Below, in pieces: positions 9,797 through 18,059 of a stretch of DNA of 32,000 bases; the first letter of the stretch is position 1, and each line of letters opens with the position of its first letter. Under the pieces are notes generated by a model that made no database searches, was not told the origin of the DNA, and saw only the letters and a list, made by a program, of their open reading frames with translations. This DNA is from Halomicrobium mukohataei DSM 12286. GTDB taxonomy: Archaea > Halobacteriota > Halobacteria > Halobacteriales > Haloarculaceae. The stretch is from contig NC_013202.1 of the NCBI RefSeq assembly GCF_000023965.1, positions 2,790,001-2,822,000 on the forward strand. The letters are read 5' to 3'. The position numbers were made by a program, and so were the translations under genes.

Positions 9797-10876
9797 ATGG
9801 CCGAGCAACGTCGACGCGAACTGGCGGCGTCCGCCCGACTCGCCGTCGAGACGGAGCGGTGGTTCTTCCTCGATTGCCTGCTCGCCGCGATCGGCTTCGT
9901 CGGGTGGGTCGCCGGCACGGCCGCGGCGGCCGCTCTAGGTGCCAGAGAAGCGGGCCTCACGCTCGCGCTCGGGACGGCCTCGACCCAGACGCTGGCGCTC
10001 CTCGCCGGGGCCGTCGTCGCCTGGATCGTGTTGCCCGCACTCGCGGCGACGCTGCGGCTCCGGAGTCGGGTCACGAACGTCTCCGGAAACGTCGAGAGTC
10101 ACTACCGCTTCGACGCGCCGGGAACCCTGCTGTGGCCCCCGGTGGTCGTCCTGGCCGTTTCGCTGGCCGCCGCGATCGCCTCGCCGATCGCCTGGCCGGC
10201 GTACGCGGTCGCCTTCGTCGCTGGCGCACACCTGCTCGCACGCACTGGGGCGTTTAGCTACCGGGTCTTCTCGTTTTCCCGTCCCGGCCTGGTCCACGCC
10301 GCGTCGTTCCTGACGTTCTCGGTGTACGCTACGGCGGGCGTCGTCCAGCTCGGTGCCGTCGCCGGTGCCGGCGCGATGGTCCGGGACGCGATGGCCGTCC
10401 TCGGCGTGCCCACGGCGCTCTTCGGTGTCGTCGATCTCGGTCCCGTCAGCGTTCCGGCGCTCCTGGCGGCCGGAGCAGTGACGCCGGCCGTGCTCGTCGG
10501 CGCGTACCTCGTCTGTCAGTCGCTGGCGGCGGCGTACGTCAGGTGGTCCGAGCCGACCGTCGACCGCGGCTCGCTGCGTGCCGGCCAGCGCAACCCCTTC
10601 GGTCAGGTGGCCGCCAGCACCGCGGGAGGACGGGCGACCGCGACCAGCCAGACGCGATCCAGCACGACCGACAGCGGCGAGGAACGGAGCGTCCCCGTCC
10701 ACATCCAGACGACGCGGGTCTACGATCCCGACGACGAGGTCTCGGACCCCGCCGGTATCGACACCGCACACGAGAGTCCCGTCGGTCAGCGGTGTCGCAC
10801 CTGCAACGCGACGTTCTCGCCGGGGACGGAGATCAGATTCTGCCCGAACTGCGGGCAGCGCCTCGACGACGGATAA
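9797..10876 (+). CDS. polytopic membrane protein with C-terminal zinc-ribbon
   Basis: Ala/Leu/Val-rich region with about 7 hydrophobic segments, then a low-complexity linker and CRTCNATF....IRFCPNCGQRL (CxxC-x13-CxxC). Start is ATG 9797, with alternative 9779. Confidence 0.6.
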   Translation: MAEQRRRELAASARLAVETERWFFLDCLLAAIGFVGWVAGTAAAAALGAREAGLTLALGTASTQTLALLAGAVVAWIVLPALAATLRLRSRVTNVSGNVESHYRFDAPGTLLWPPVVVLAVSLAAAIASPIAWPAYAVAFVAGAHLLARTGAFSYRVFSFSRPGLVHAASFLTFSVYATAGVVQLGAVAGAGAMVRDAMAVLGVPTALFGVVDLGPVSVPALLAAGAVTPAVLVGAYLVCQSLAAAYVRWSEPTVDRGSLRAGQRNPFGQVAASTAGGRATATSQTRSSTTDSGEERSVPVHIQTTRVYDPDDEVSDPAGIDTAHESPVGQRCRTCNATFSPGTEIRFCPNCGQRLDDG

Positions 10877-10954
10877 CACGTCGTCCGGTCGAGGCGGTGT
10901 CCCGAGAACGACCGAGAATCACGGGACACTCCGTGTGAGAACGTTCCGCAACCG

Positions 10955-10970
10955 AGAAAAATATTTTTTG
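10955..10970 (+). promoter_or_regulatory. AT-rich candidate promoter element upstream of sufC
   Basis: gaaaaatattttttg is the only strongly AT-rich stretch in the 174-nt region upstream of sufC. It lies about 85 nt from the ATG, so a leader would be required. Confidence 0.25.
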
Positions 10971-11050
10971 GATCTCGAAAGACAGTTCAGAGGATTGCGA
11001 AAGCATTATGAGCGTGACGACCATCTTTTCGGTTGACCTAAGTACATACT

Positions 11051-11980
11051 ATGGCAGTACTCGAAATCAACAATCTCCACGCGAAAGTGGCAGAGGACGG
11101 CGGTGAACGGATCCTTCGCGGCGTCGACCTCGAAGTCGAGTCGGGCGAGATCCACGCGCTGATGGGCCCCAACGGGTCGGGCAAGTCGACGACGGCGAAG
11201 ATCATCGCGGGCCACCCCGCATACGAGGTGACCGACGGTGAGGTGCTCATCCACCTCGAAGACGGCGACGTCGCCGAGGACATCGAGCTTACCGACGACA
11301 ACCGCACCTGGGATCTGCTGGAGCTAGAGCCCAACGAGCGCGCGGCGCTCGGCATCTTCCTCGGCTTCCAGTACCCGGCCGAGATCGAGGGCGTCACGAT
11401 GGTGAACTTCCTCCGGACGGCGCTCAACGCCAAGCTCGAAGAGCAAGAAGAGCTGTTCGAGGAGGAAGACGAGGAGAGCGAGGCCGACGAGGAAGCGACC
11501 AACGAGGACGCAGCGGGCTACGACAGCTCTCCGATGGAAGGCCCCGCCGACGAGGGCGAGGTCAGCGTCGCCGAGTTCCAGCAGCTCCTCAAGGAGAAGA
11601 TGGAACAGCTCGACATGGACGAGAAGTTCGCCAACCGCTATCTCAACGCCGGCTTCTCCGGCGGCGAGAAGAAGCAAAACGAGGTCCTCCAGGCCGCGAT
11701 CCTCGAACCGTCGATCGCCGTGCTGGACGAGATCGACTCTGGACTGGACATCGACCGCCTGCAGGACGTCTCCAACGGCATCAACGCGCTGCGCGACGAG
11801 CAGGGCACCGGTGTCCTCCAGATCACCCACTACCAGCGCATCCTCGACTACGTCGAGCCAGATCACGTCCACGTGATGATCGACGGCGAGATCGCCAAAT
11901 CCGGCGGCGCGGAACTGGCCGAGAAGCTCGAAGACAAGGGGTACGACTGGGTCCGCGAGGAAGTCTACGAGGCCGCCTGA
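11051..11980 (+). CDS. sufC: Fe-S cluster assembly ATPase SufC
   Basis: Walker A GPNGSGKST, signature GFSGGEKK, Walker B AVLDEIDSGLD and H-loop ITHY. An acidic insert of about 45 aa is present. It precedes sufB and sufD. Confidence 0.95.
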   Translation: MAVLEINNLHAKVAEDGGERILRGVDLEVESGEIHALMGPNGSGKSTTAKIIAGHPAYEVTDGEVLIHLEDGDVAEDIELTDDNRTWDLLELEPNERAALGIFLGFQYPAEIEGVTMVNFLRTALNAKLEEQEELFEEEDEESEADEEATNEDAAGYDSSPMEGPADEGEVSVAEFQQLLKEKMEQLDMDEKFANRYLNAGFSGGEKKQNEVLQAAILEPSIAVLDEIDSGLDIDRLQDVSNGINALRDEQGTGVLQITHYQRILDYVEPDHVHVMIDGEIAKSGGAELAEKLEDKGYDWVREEVYEAA

Positions 11981-12050
11981 GACAGAACGACGACGTTCCG
12001 TCCACGGCACAACCCACATAACCCGCAAACCCTAAGCACGACTACAAAAC

Positions 12051-13481
12051 ATGAGTTCAGATCAAGACCACCTCAAAGAAACAGATACGGAGAAGCGCTT
12101 CGAGTTCAAGAAGGAGGAGAAGTCCGCCTTCGAAGCCGAGAAGGGCCTCACCGAGGAGACGATCCGCGTCATCTCGGAAGACAAAGACGAGCCCGAGTGG
12201 ATGCTGGAGCGTCGGCTCCGGGCACTCGAACAGTGGCACGAACTTCCGATGCCGGACGACTGGCCGGGCGCGCCGGACATCTCGGAAGTCGACGTCGACG
12301 AGATCATTCCCTACATCCGCCCGGACATCGAGACCCGCGGCGGCGTCGACGACTGGAACGATCTCCCCGAAGAGATCCAGGACACCTTCGACAAGCTCGG
12401 CATCCCGGAAGCAGAGAAGAACGCGCTCTCGGGCGTCGGCGCGCAGTACGAGTCCGAGATCGTCTACCAGAACATGCAGGAGCAGTGGGAAGAGAAGGGC
12501 GTCGTCTTCTGTGACATGGACAAGGCCGTCCAAGAGCACGAAGAGATCGTCCGCGAGCACTTCATGACGAAGGCCGTTCCCCCGAGCGACAACAAGTTCG
12601 CTGCACTCCACGGCGCGATCTGGTCGGGCGGTTCGTTCGTCTACGTCCCGGAAGACACGTCGGTCGACATGCCGATTCAGGCGTACTTCCGGATGAACAG
12701 CGACGGGATGGGCCAGTTCGAGCACACGCTCATCATCGCCGAAGAGAGTTCCGAGGTCCACTACATCGAGGGCTGTTCGGCCCCGAAGTACTCGGAGTTC
12801 AACCTCCACAGCGGCGGCGTGGAGGTCTTCGTCGGCGAGAACGCTCACGTCCAGTACTCGACGGTCCAGAACTGGTCGAAAAACACCTACAACCTCAACA
12901 CCAAACGCGCCATCTGCGAGGCCGACGGGACGATGGAGTGGGTGTCCGGTTCGATGGGGTCGAAGGCGACGATGCTGTACCCCTCGACCGTACTCAAGGG
13001 TCCCGGTGCGACGGACAACCACATCACGATCGCCATGGCTGGCGAGGGCCAGAACATCGACACCGGCGCGAAGGTATATCATAACGCACCCGACACGAAG
13101 TCGACCATCGAGTCGAAGTCTATCAGCAAGGACGGCGGCCGAACGAACTACCGCGGCCTCGTCCACATCGCGGACGGCGCGGAGGACGCGTCGACGAGCG
13201 TCGAGTGTGACGCGCTGATGTTCGACAACGAGTCCACGTCGGACACGATGCCGTACATGGAGATTCAGGAGTCGAAAGTCGACGTGGCCCACGAGGCGAC
13301 GGTCGGCAAGATCGGCGACGAGGACGTGTTCTACCTCCAGAGCCGCGGTCTGGACGACGACGACGCCAAACAGATGATCGTCGCCGGCTTCATCGAACCG
13401 CTCACGGAGGAACTGCCCATCGAATACGCGGTCGAGATGAACCGCCTCATCGAACTCGAGATGGAGGGAAGCCTCGGGTAA
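12051..13481 (+). CDS. sufB: Fe-S cluster assembly scaffold SufB
   Basis: 476 aa with conserved SufB blocks: FEHTLIIAEE.S.V.YIEGC, NWSKNTYNL.TKRA, RTNYRGLV, EATVGKI.E...FYL.SRG. Confidence 0.95.
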   Translation: MSSDQDHLKETDTEKRFEFKKEEKSAFEAEKGLTEETIRVISEDKDEPEWMLERRLRALEQWHELPMPDDWPGAPDISEVDVDEIIPYIRPDIETRGGVDDWNDLPEEIQDTFDKLGIPEAEKNALSGVGAQYESEIVYQNMQEQWEEKGVVFCDMDKAVQEHEEIVREHFMTKAVPPSDNKFAALHGAIWSGGSFVYVPEDTSVDMPIQAYFRMNSDGMGQFEHTLIIAEESSEVHYIEGCSAPKYSEFNLHSGGVEVFVGENAHVQYSTVQNWSKNTYNLNTKRAICEADGTMEWVSGSMGSKATMLYPSTVLKGPGATDNHITIAMAGEGQNIDTGAKVYHNAPDTKSTIESKSISKDGGRTNYRGLVHIADGAEDASTSVECDALMFDNESTSDTMPYMEIQESKVDVAHEATVGKIGDEDVFYLQSRGLDDDDAKQMIVAGFIEPLTEELPIEYAVEMNRLIELEMEGSLG

Positions 13482-13495
13482 CTCCCGGATTCACA

Positions 13496-14707
13496 ATGAG
13501 TACGCAGGTACACGCAAATCTCACGGCAGAACAGGTAACGCAGATCTCCGAGGAGCTCGACGAGCCCGAGTGGCTGCTCGAAACACGTCTCGACGCGTAC
13601 GAGGCCCTCGACTCGCTGGACATGCCGGACGTGATCCGGACGCCGGGTCGAGACTGGACGAACCTCGACGCGCTCGACTACGAGACGCTCGTCGATCCCT
13701 TGGAGTGGGAACAGGAGAAAGACCGCGTCGACGCCGAGAGTGTCGACGTGCTCTCGTGGGCCGACGCGCTCGAACAGCACGGAGAGCTGATCGAAGCGCA
13801 GTTCGGCTCGATCGTCGACCCACAGCGGGACTACCTCACGGCACTCTCGACGGCGCTGTTTAGCGCCGGGACGGTCGTCTACGTCCCCGAGGGCGTCGAC
13901 GCCGAAGACGTGAAGATCCGGACGACGATGAACAGCCGATCGCTGTTCAACTACACGCTGGTCGTCGCCGAGGAGTCCTCGTCCGTGACGATCCTCGAAC
14001 GCCAGACCACCGGCACCAACGTCGACGGCGAGCAGTACTACTCCGGCGTCGTCGAAGTCGCCGCCGAGGAAAACAGCAGCGTCCAGTACGGCACGCTCCA
14101 GAACCTCGACGACGACAGCTACAACTTCCAGGTCAAGCGTGGCCACGCCGACACCTACGCCACGGTCGACTGGATCGAGGGCAACATCGGCTCTCGACTG
14201 ACCAAGTCCAACGTCGAGACGCGCCTGCTTGGCGACGCCTCGGAGTCCCAGATCGTCGGGGCCTTCTTCGGCCACGAGGACCAGCACTTCGACATCGCGT
14301 CCCGAGTCTGGCACGAGGCCGAACACACCACGGCCGACCTCGTCACCCGCGGCGTCCTCGACGACGCCGCCCGCTCGGTGTACGAGGGCGTCCAGGACGT
14401 TGGCCGCGAGGCGTGGGACACCAACTCCTACCAGCGGGAGAACACCCTGATGCTCTCAGACGAGAGCGAGGCCGACGCGTCGCCGAAGCTGATCATCAAC
14501 AACCACGACACAGAAGCCAGCCACTCGGCGACCGTCGGACAGGTCGACGAGGAGGACATGTTCTACATGACCTCTCGGAGTGTCGATCCCGAGAGCGCGG
14601 AGAACATGCTGGTGGAAGGCTTCTTCGTGCCCGTCTTCGAGGAGATCGCGGTCGACGAACTTCGCGACGATCTCGACGACCTCGTCGTCGAACGCCTCCG
14701 CGAGTAG
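13496..14707 (+). CDS. sufD: Fe-S cluster assembly protein SufD
   Basis: 403-aa SufB/D-family beta-helix paralog (HEAEHT.ADL.TRGVL, EASHSATVGQVDEE..FY..SR). Third gene of the suf cluster. Confidence 0.9.
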   Translation: MSTQVHANLTAEQVTQISEELDEPEWLLETRLDAYEALDSLDMPDVIRTPGRDWTNLDALDYETLVDPLEWEQEKDRVDAESVDVLSWADALEQHGELIEAQFGSIVDPQRDYLTALSTALFSAGTVVYVPEGVDAEDVKIRTTMNSRSLFNYTLVVAEESSSVTILERQTTGTNVDGEQYYSGVVEVAAEENSSVQYGTLQNLDDDSYNFQVKRGHADTYATVDWIEGNIGSRLTKSNVETRLLGDASESQIVGAFFGHEDQHFDIASRVWHEAEHTTADLVTRGVLDDAARSVYEGVQDVGREAWDTNSYQRENTLMLSDESEADASPKLIINNHDTEASHSATVGQVDEEDMFYMTSRSVDPESAENMLVEGFFVPVFEEIAVDELRDDLDDLVVERLRE

Positions 14708-14789
14708 TTCGTTCACCCACGAACGGCCCGGACAAGGAGTGCTGGCGACGACTTCGGTTCTGACGCTCTTTCGAGATTTCCACGGTTAG

Positions 14790-14855
14790 CCGTGTGCTGT
14801 GGCCGGCTTCGCCAGTCCGGGCGGCGAATCGCTGTACGAAGCCGACAGCGCACGG
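14790..14855. repeat. 66-bp imperfect hairpin in the sufD-chitinase intergenic region
   Basis: ccgtgtgctgtggccggcttcg (14790-14811) pairs with cgaagccgacagcgcacgg (14837-14855), with a 3-nt bulge and one mismatch. Confidence 0.5.
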
Positions 14856-14876
14856 TGATCGTCGTCCCCGTCTCTG

Positions 14877-14958
14877 ATACGGAAAGTTGTAGGTCTTTAC
14901 CAGATCGACCGCACGCCGTCGTGCGGTCGACTGGATAAACGCCTACAACCGTCCGTAT
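14877..14958. repeat. 82-bp imperfect palindrome, copy 1 (inverted relative to copies 2 and 3)
   Basis: atacggaaagttgtaggtctttaccagatcgaccgcacg-ccgt-cgtgcggtcgactggataaacgcctacaaccgtccgtat. Its reverse complement matches copy 2 at 78/82 positions by my hand alignment. Confidence 0.9.
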
Positions 14959-15003
14959 GAGGACTCCAACGGCGTCGTCGGAATCTGTGAGCGAGTGAGC
15001 CGC

Positions 15004-15087
15004 TATAGTAACAATTGAAACGATTTACACACCGATCGCACTGCCGTCGTGCGATCGAGTGTGCATTGATCTTCAATGGCTACTATA
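15004..15087. repeat. 84-bp diverged relative of the palindrome family
   Basis: tatagtaacaattgaaacgatttacacaccgatcgcac-tgccgtc-gtgcgatcgagtgtgcattgatcttcaatggctactata. It has about the same size, the same arm/loop architecture, and shared tttac, cgcac and ccgtcgtgcg segments. Confidence 0.6.
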
Positions 15088-15410
15088 TTACGAAACAGTG
15101 TGATCGTAGTTTGAACGACGTGACGATATTTCGCCAACGTAGACCCGAGTTTTCGTAACGATTTTGTGTGTGAAACGTGTGTGGTTGTGTGGCATCATTA
15201 CACAGGGATGTGCCGAGAAACGCACTCGGCGCTCCGGGGGGTGCCACGAGTGGCGATACGGATCGGCGTATCGGCGACCGATCTGGCACGACGGCTGGGG
15301 GCGCGAAGCTGGGACGGCCACCAGACGCCGTGTCGGTCGGTCGTGGTAGCACGACGCGGCGCTGGTCGGCTCTGGCCCGCGTTCGAACCGACGACACGAT
15401 CACACAACAC

Positions 15411-17282
15411 ATGAAAGAGACACGACGAAACTTCCTGCGAAACGCATCAGCACTCTCCGCGCTGGCGATCGGAGCCAGTGCGAGCGCATCGGCAGCAAAC
15501 TGTAGCGGCGTCGCCGAGTGGGACGCGAGCGCCACCTACACCGGCGGCGACCAGGTCACCTTCGACGGCTCGCTGTGGACCGCCGAGTGGTGGACACAGG
15601 GGACCGAACCCGCCGAGAGCGAGGCCGTCTGGACCCTGGAAGGGGCCTGTGGCGACGACGGCGACAGCGGCGACAGCGGCGGCGTCGACTGTAGCGGCGT
15701 CCAGTCGTGGGCGTCGGACGTTGCCTACTCAGGTGGCGACCAGGTCACCTTCGACGGCTCGCTGTGGACCGCCGAGTGGTGGACCAAGGGCACCGAACCC
15801 GCCGAGAGCGAGGCCGTCTGGACCCTGGAAGGGACCTGCGGTAGCGACGACGGCGACGAGAACACCGCGCCGACGGCGTCGTTCTCGGCCGACGTGAGCA
15901 CGCCCGAACCCGGTGATTCGATCTCCTTCGACGCGAGCGAGTCGAGCGATCCCGACGGCTCGATCGCCAGCTACGAGTGGGAGCTCGGTGACGGAACGAC
16001 GGCGACCGGAGAGACGGTGAGTCACAGCTACGAGTCGGCCGGCGACTACACCGTGACCCTGACGGTCACCGACGACGCCGGTGGGACGGCGACGGACTCG
16101 ACGACGATCTCGGTTTCGAGCGGCAACGCCGCGCCGGACGCCTCTTTCACCGTCTCCCCATCGAATCCGGCTCCCGACGAGTCGGTCACCTTCGACACGG
16201 CCGATTCGAGCGATTCCGACGGCACGATCGAGAGCTACGAGTGGGACCTGGGCGATGGGACGACGGCGACCGGAGAAACGGTCACCCACAGCTACGAGTC
16301 GGCCGGCGACTACACCGTATCGCTGACCGTCACCGACGACGCGGGCGCGAGCGACACCAACGAGACGGTCGTCTCGGTCGGCGACAGCTCCGGTGGCACC
16401 GAAGGAACGACCGAGTTCGCGCCGTACAACTACGTATTCACCGATCCCGAGACGACGCTGGTCGATCACGCAGAGCAGGCGGGCAACGACAGCGTCACCA
16501 CCGCGTTCGTCCTCTCGGACGGAAACGGCAACGCCGCGTGGGGCGGTGAGGCCGACCAGCTCGTCGGCGAGGCCGGTCTCCAGTCGGAGTTCCAGGCATA
16601 TCAGGACCAGGGCGGCACGATCATCATCTCCTTTGGCGGTGCAGTCGGGACGATGATCGCCCAGGACACGACTGACATCGACAAGATCAAATCGGAGTAC
16701 CAGTCCGTGATCGACACGTACGGCGTCACGCACCTGGACTTCGACATCGAGTCCGTAGACGAGGCCGCCGTCGACCGACGCAATCAGGCACTGGCCGAAC
16801 TCCAGTCCGAGAACCCGGACCTGAAAGTGTCGTACACGCTACGCTGTCGGACGACCGGTCTGACCGAGCACGGCACGTACGTCGTCGAGAACGCTCGCGA
16901 CAACGGCGTCGACGTGCAGTACGTCAACGTGATGACGATGAACTACGGCTGGGTCCGTCCGAGTGCGAGCACCGTCAAAGACACCGCGAACGGCACCCAC
17001 GAGGATCTGCTGTCGATCTTCTCGGACCTCTCCTCGGACGAGGCCTGGAGTATGGTCGGCATCACGCCGATGATCGGAGAGAACAACGTCGGCGGCCAGC
17101 ACCGGCCCGAGGACGCCGAGGAAGTCGTCTCCTTCGTCGAGGACAAGGGGATCGGTCTCGTCTCGTTCTGGTCGCTGGATCGAGACAACGGCGACTGTCC
17201 CGACGGGACCGTCTCGGGCAAGTGCAGTGGCATCGAACAGAGCGCCTACGAGTTCGCAGGCATCTACAACCAGGTTCAGTGA
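15411..17282 (+). CDS. secreted modular GH18 chitinase 1 (Tat signal - 2x CBM5/12 - 2x PKD - GH18, hevamine/PF-ChiA-like catalytic type)
   Basis: Start at MKETRRNFLRNASALSALAIGASA (twin-arginine signal). Two Cys-bracketed chitin-binding repeats (YTGGDQVTFDGSLWTAEWWTQG). Two PKD repeats (SFDASESSDPDGSIASYEWELGDG...YTVTLTVTDD). Catalytic THLDFDIE (DxDxE, nt 16731-16751), ISFGG and MTMNYG. Confidence 0.92.
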   Translation: MKETRRNFLRNASALSALAIGASASASAANCSGVAEWDASATYTGGDQVTFDGSLWTAEWWTQGTEPAESEAVWTLEGACGDDGDSGDSGGVDCSGVQSWASDVAYSGGDQVTFDGSLWTAEWWTKGTEPAESEAVWTLEGTCGSDDGDENTAPTASFSADVSTPEPGDSISFDASESSDPDGSIASYEWELGDGTTATGETVSHSYESAGDYTVTLTVTDDAGGTATDSTTISVSSGNAAPDASFTVSPSNPAPDESVTFDTADSSDSDGTIESYEWDLGDGTTATGETVTHSYESAGDYTVSLTVTDDAGASDTNETVVSVGDSSGGTEGTTEFAPYNYVFTDPETTLVDHAEQAGNDSVTTAFVLSDGNGNAAWGGEADQLVGEAGLQSEFQAYQDQGGTIIISFGGAVGTMIAQDTTDIDKIKSEYQSVIDTYGVTHLDFDIESVDEAAVDRRNQALAELQSENPDLKVSYTLRCRTTGLTEHGTYVVENARDNGVDVQYVNVMTMNYGWVRPSASTVKDTANGTHEDLLSIFSDLSSDEAWSMVGITPMIGENNVGGQHRPEDAEEVVSFVEDKGIGLVSFWSLDRDNGDCPDGTVSGKCSGIEQSAYEFAGIYNQVQ

Positions 17283-17328
17283 CGGCGACGAGGGTCGACC
17301 GCGAGGCCGTCACGAGACCACGACGCCG

Positions 17329-17334
17329 TTTTTT
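17329..17334 (+). terminator. oligo-T (T6) archaeal-type terminator after chitinase 1
   Basis: cgccgttttttcgcc lies 47 nt after the stop codon. A weak 6-bp-stem hairpin sits at 17281-17311. Confidence 0.45.
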
Positions 17335-17830
17335 CGCCGCCGATCCGTGCCACGACGGCGACAGTGGCAACCAGGGCACATATCGTTGGCCGTAACTTCG
17401 TGCAGAGATACGCCGCCCGGGGCGGCGAAACCGATTACGTATTTACGGCCGACAGTACCGCTCCGTATCTGACCGCACGACGACGGTGCGAACGGGTGTG
17501 AATCGGTTCGGTCGGTACGGTGGTCGTACGAACGAGCTGTCGCGAGCGACGAAGTCGGTCGGTTCACGCCACGAAACAGCGTTTAGGCTCCGGTAGAGTG
17601 CTTGAAAGGACCCTCTCCGAACCATGGTATAGAAAGACACACAACCGGCCCCACCAGTGCGTTTTTCCTGGGCGAACAATCGTGTAAGACTTCGGCAACG
17701 ACTCGGCACCGGCGTGGAGAGTAGATTGTACGCACGGGCCCTGATAGACCGACGAACGCGACGAGAAGAGTGTTGACAACTGCAGTAGTGGGTGAAAGTG
17801 TCACACACCACGTGTTAGTCGGAGGAGAGA

Positions 17831-17922
17831 TCATTTATCATTATAAAATGACGCAGCTATTCGAATGATTGTGGACCACTGTTCCATGTATGGAAATATT
17901 AATTTTCGGAATTTTTTAGTGT
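17831..17922 (+). promoter_or_regulatory. AT-rich island (about 30% GC), candidate promoter/regulatory region of chitinase 2
   Basis: I count 28 G+C in 92 nt. TATA-like strings are present: tttatcattataaaat, aaatattaatttt and attttttag. It lies 140-230 nt upstream of ATG 18060. Confidence 0.35.
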
Positions 17923-18059
17923 ATGGAGGTGCGTGGTACCCACAGCGGCTGGGTGAGAGAACGTTGGGTGCGGATTGGGGACTAGAACGTCGTCCCGGCA
18001 GTGGGGCGGACAGATCCAACGGTGGCACGCCAACGGTCGACACCGCCGCGACAATAACC

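Noticed and set aside
11429-11576. A highly acidic insertion of about 45 aa in SufC (EEQEELFEEEDEESEADEEATNEDAAGYDSSPMEGPADEGE).
   Set aside because: It is in frame, lies between conserved ABC motifs, and is compositionally typical of halophile-specific surface insertions. As far as I recall, haloarchaeal SufC proteins are generally about 300 aa, so it is probably lineage-typical rather than novel.
15177-15410. Upstream in-frame extensions of chitinase ORFs: 15177 for chitinase 1 and 17865 for chitinase 2.
   Set aside because: The extensions are basic or low-complexity. They would bury the twin-arginine signal peptides (MKETRRNFL, MQRRNYL) 65-78 residues inside the protein. The internal ATGs give canonical Tat N-termini like those of chitinases 3 and 4.
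15480-15500. A possible lipobox in the chitinase signal peptides (SAANC, TAADC, GADC).
   Set aside because: Position -1 to the Cys is Asn or Asp, which does not fit the [A/G/S]-C lipobox. Each of these Cys has a partner Cys about 50 residues later at the end of the CBM, so a disulfide-bracketed CBM is the simpler reading.
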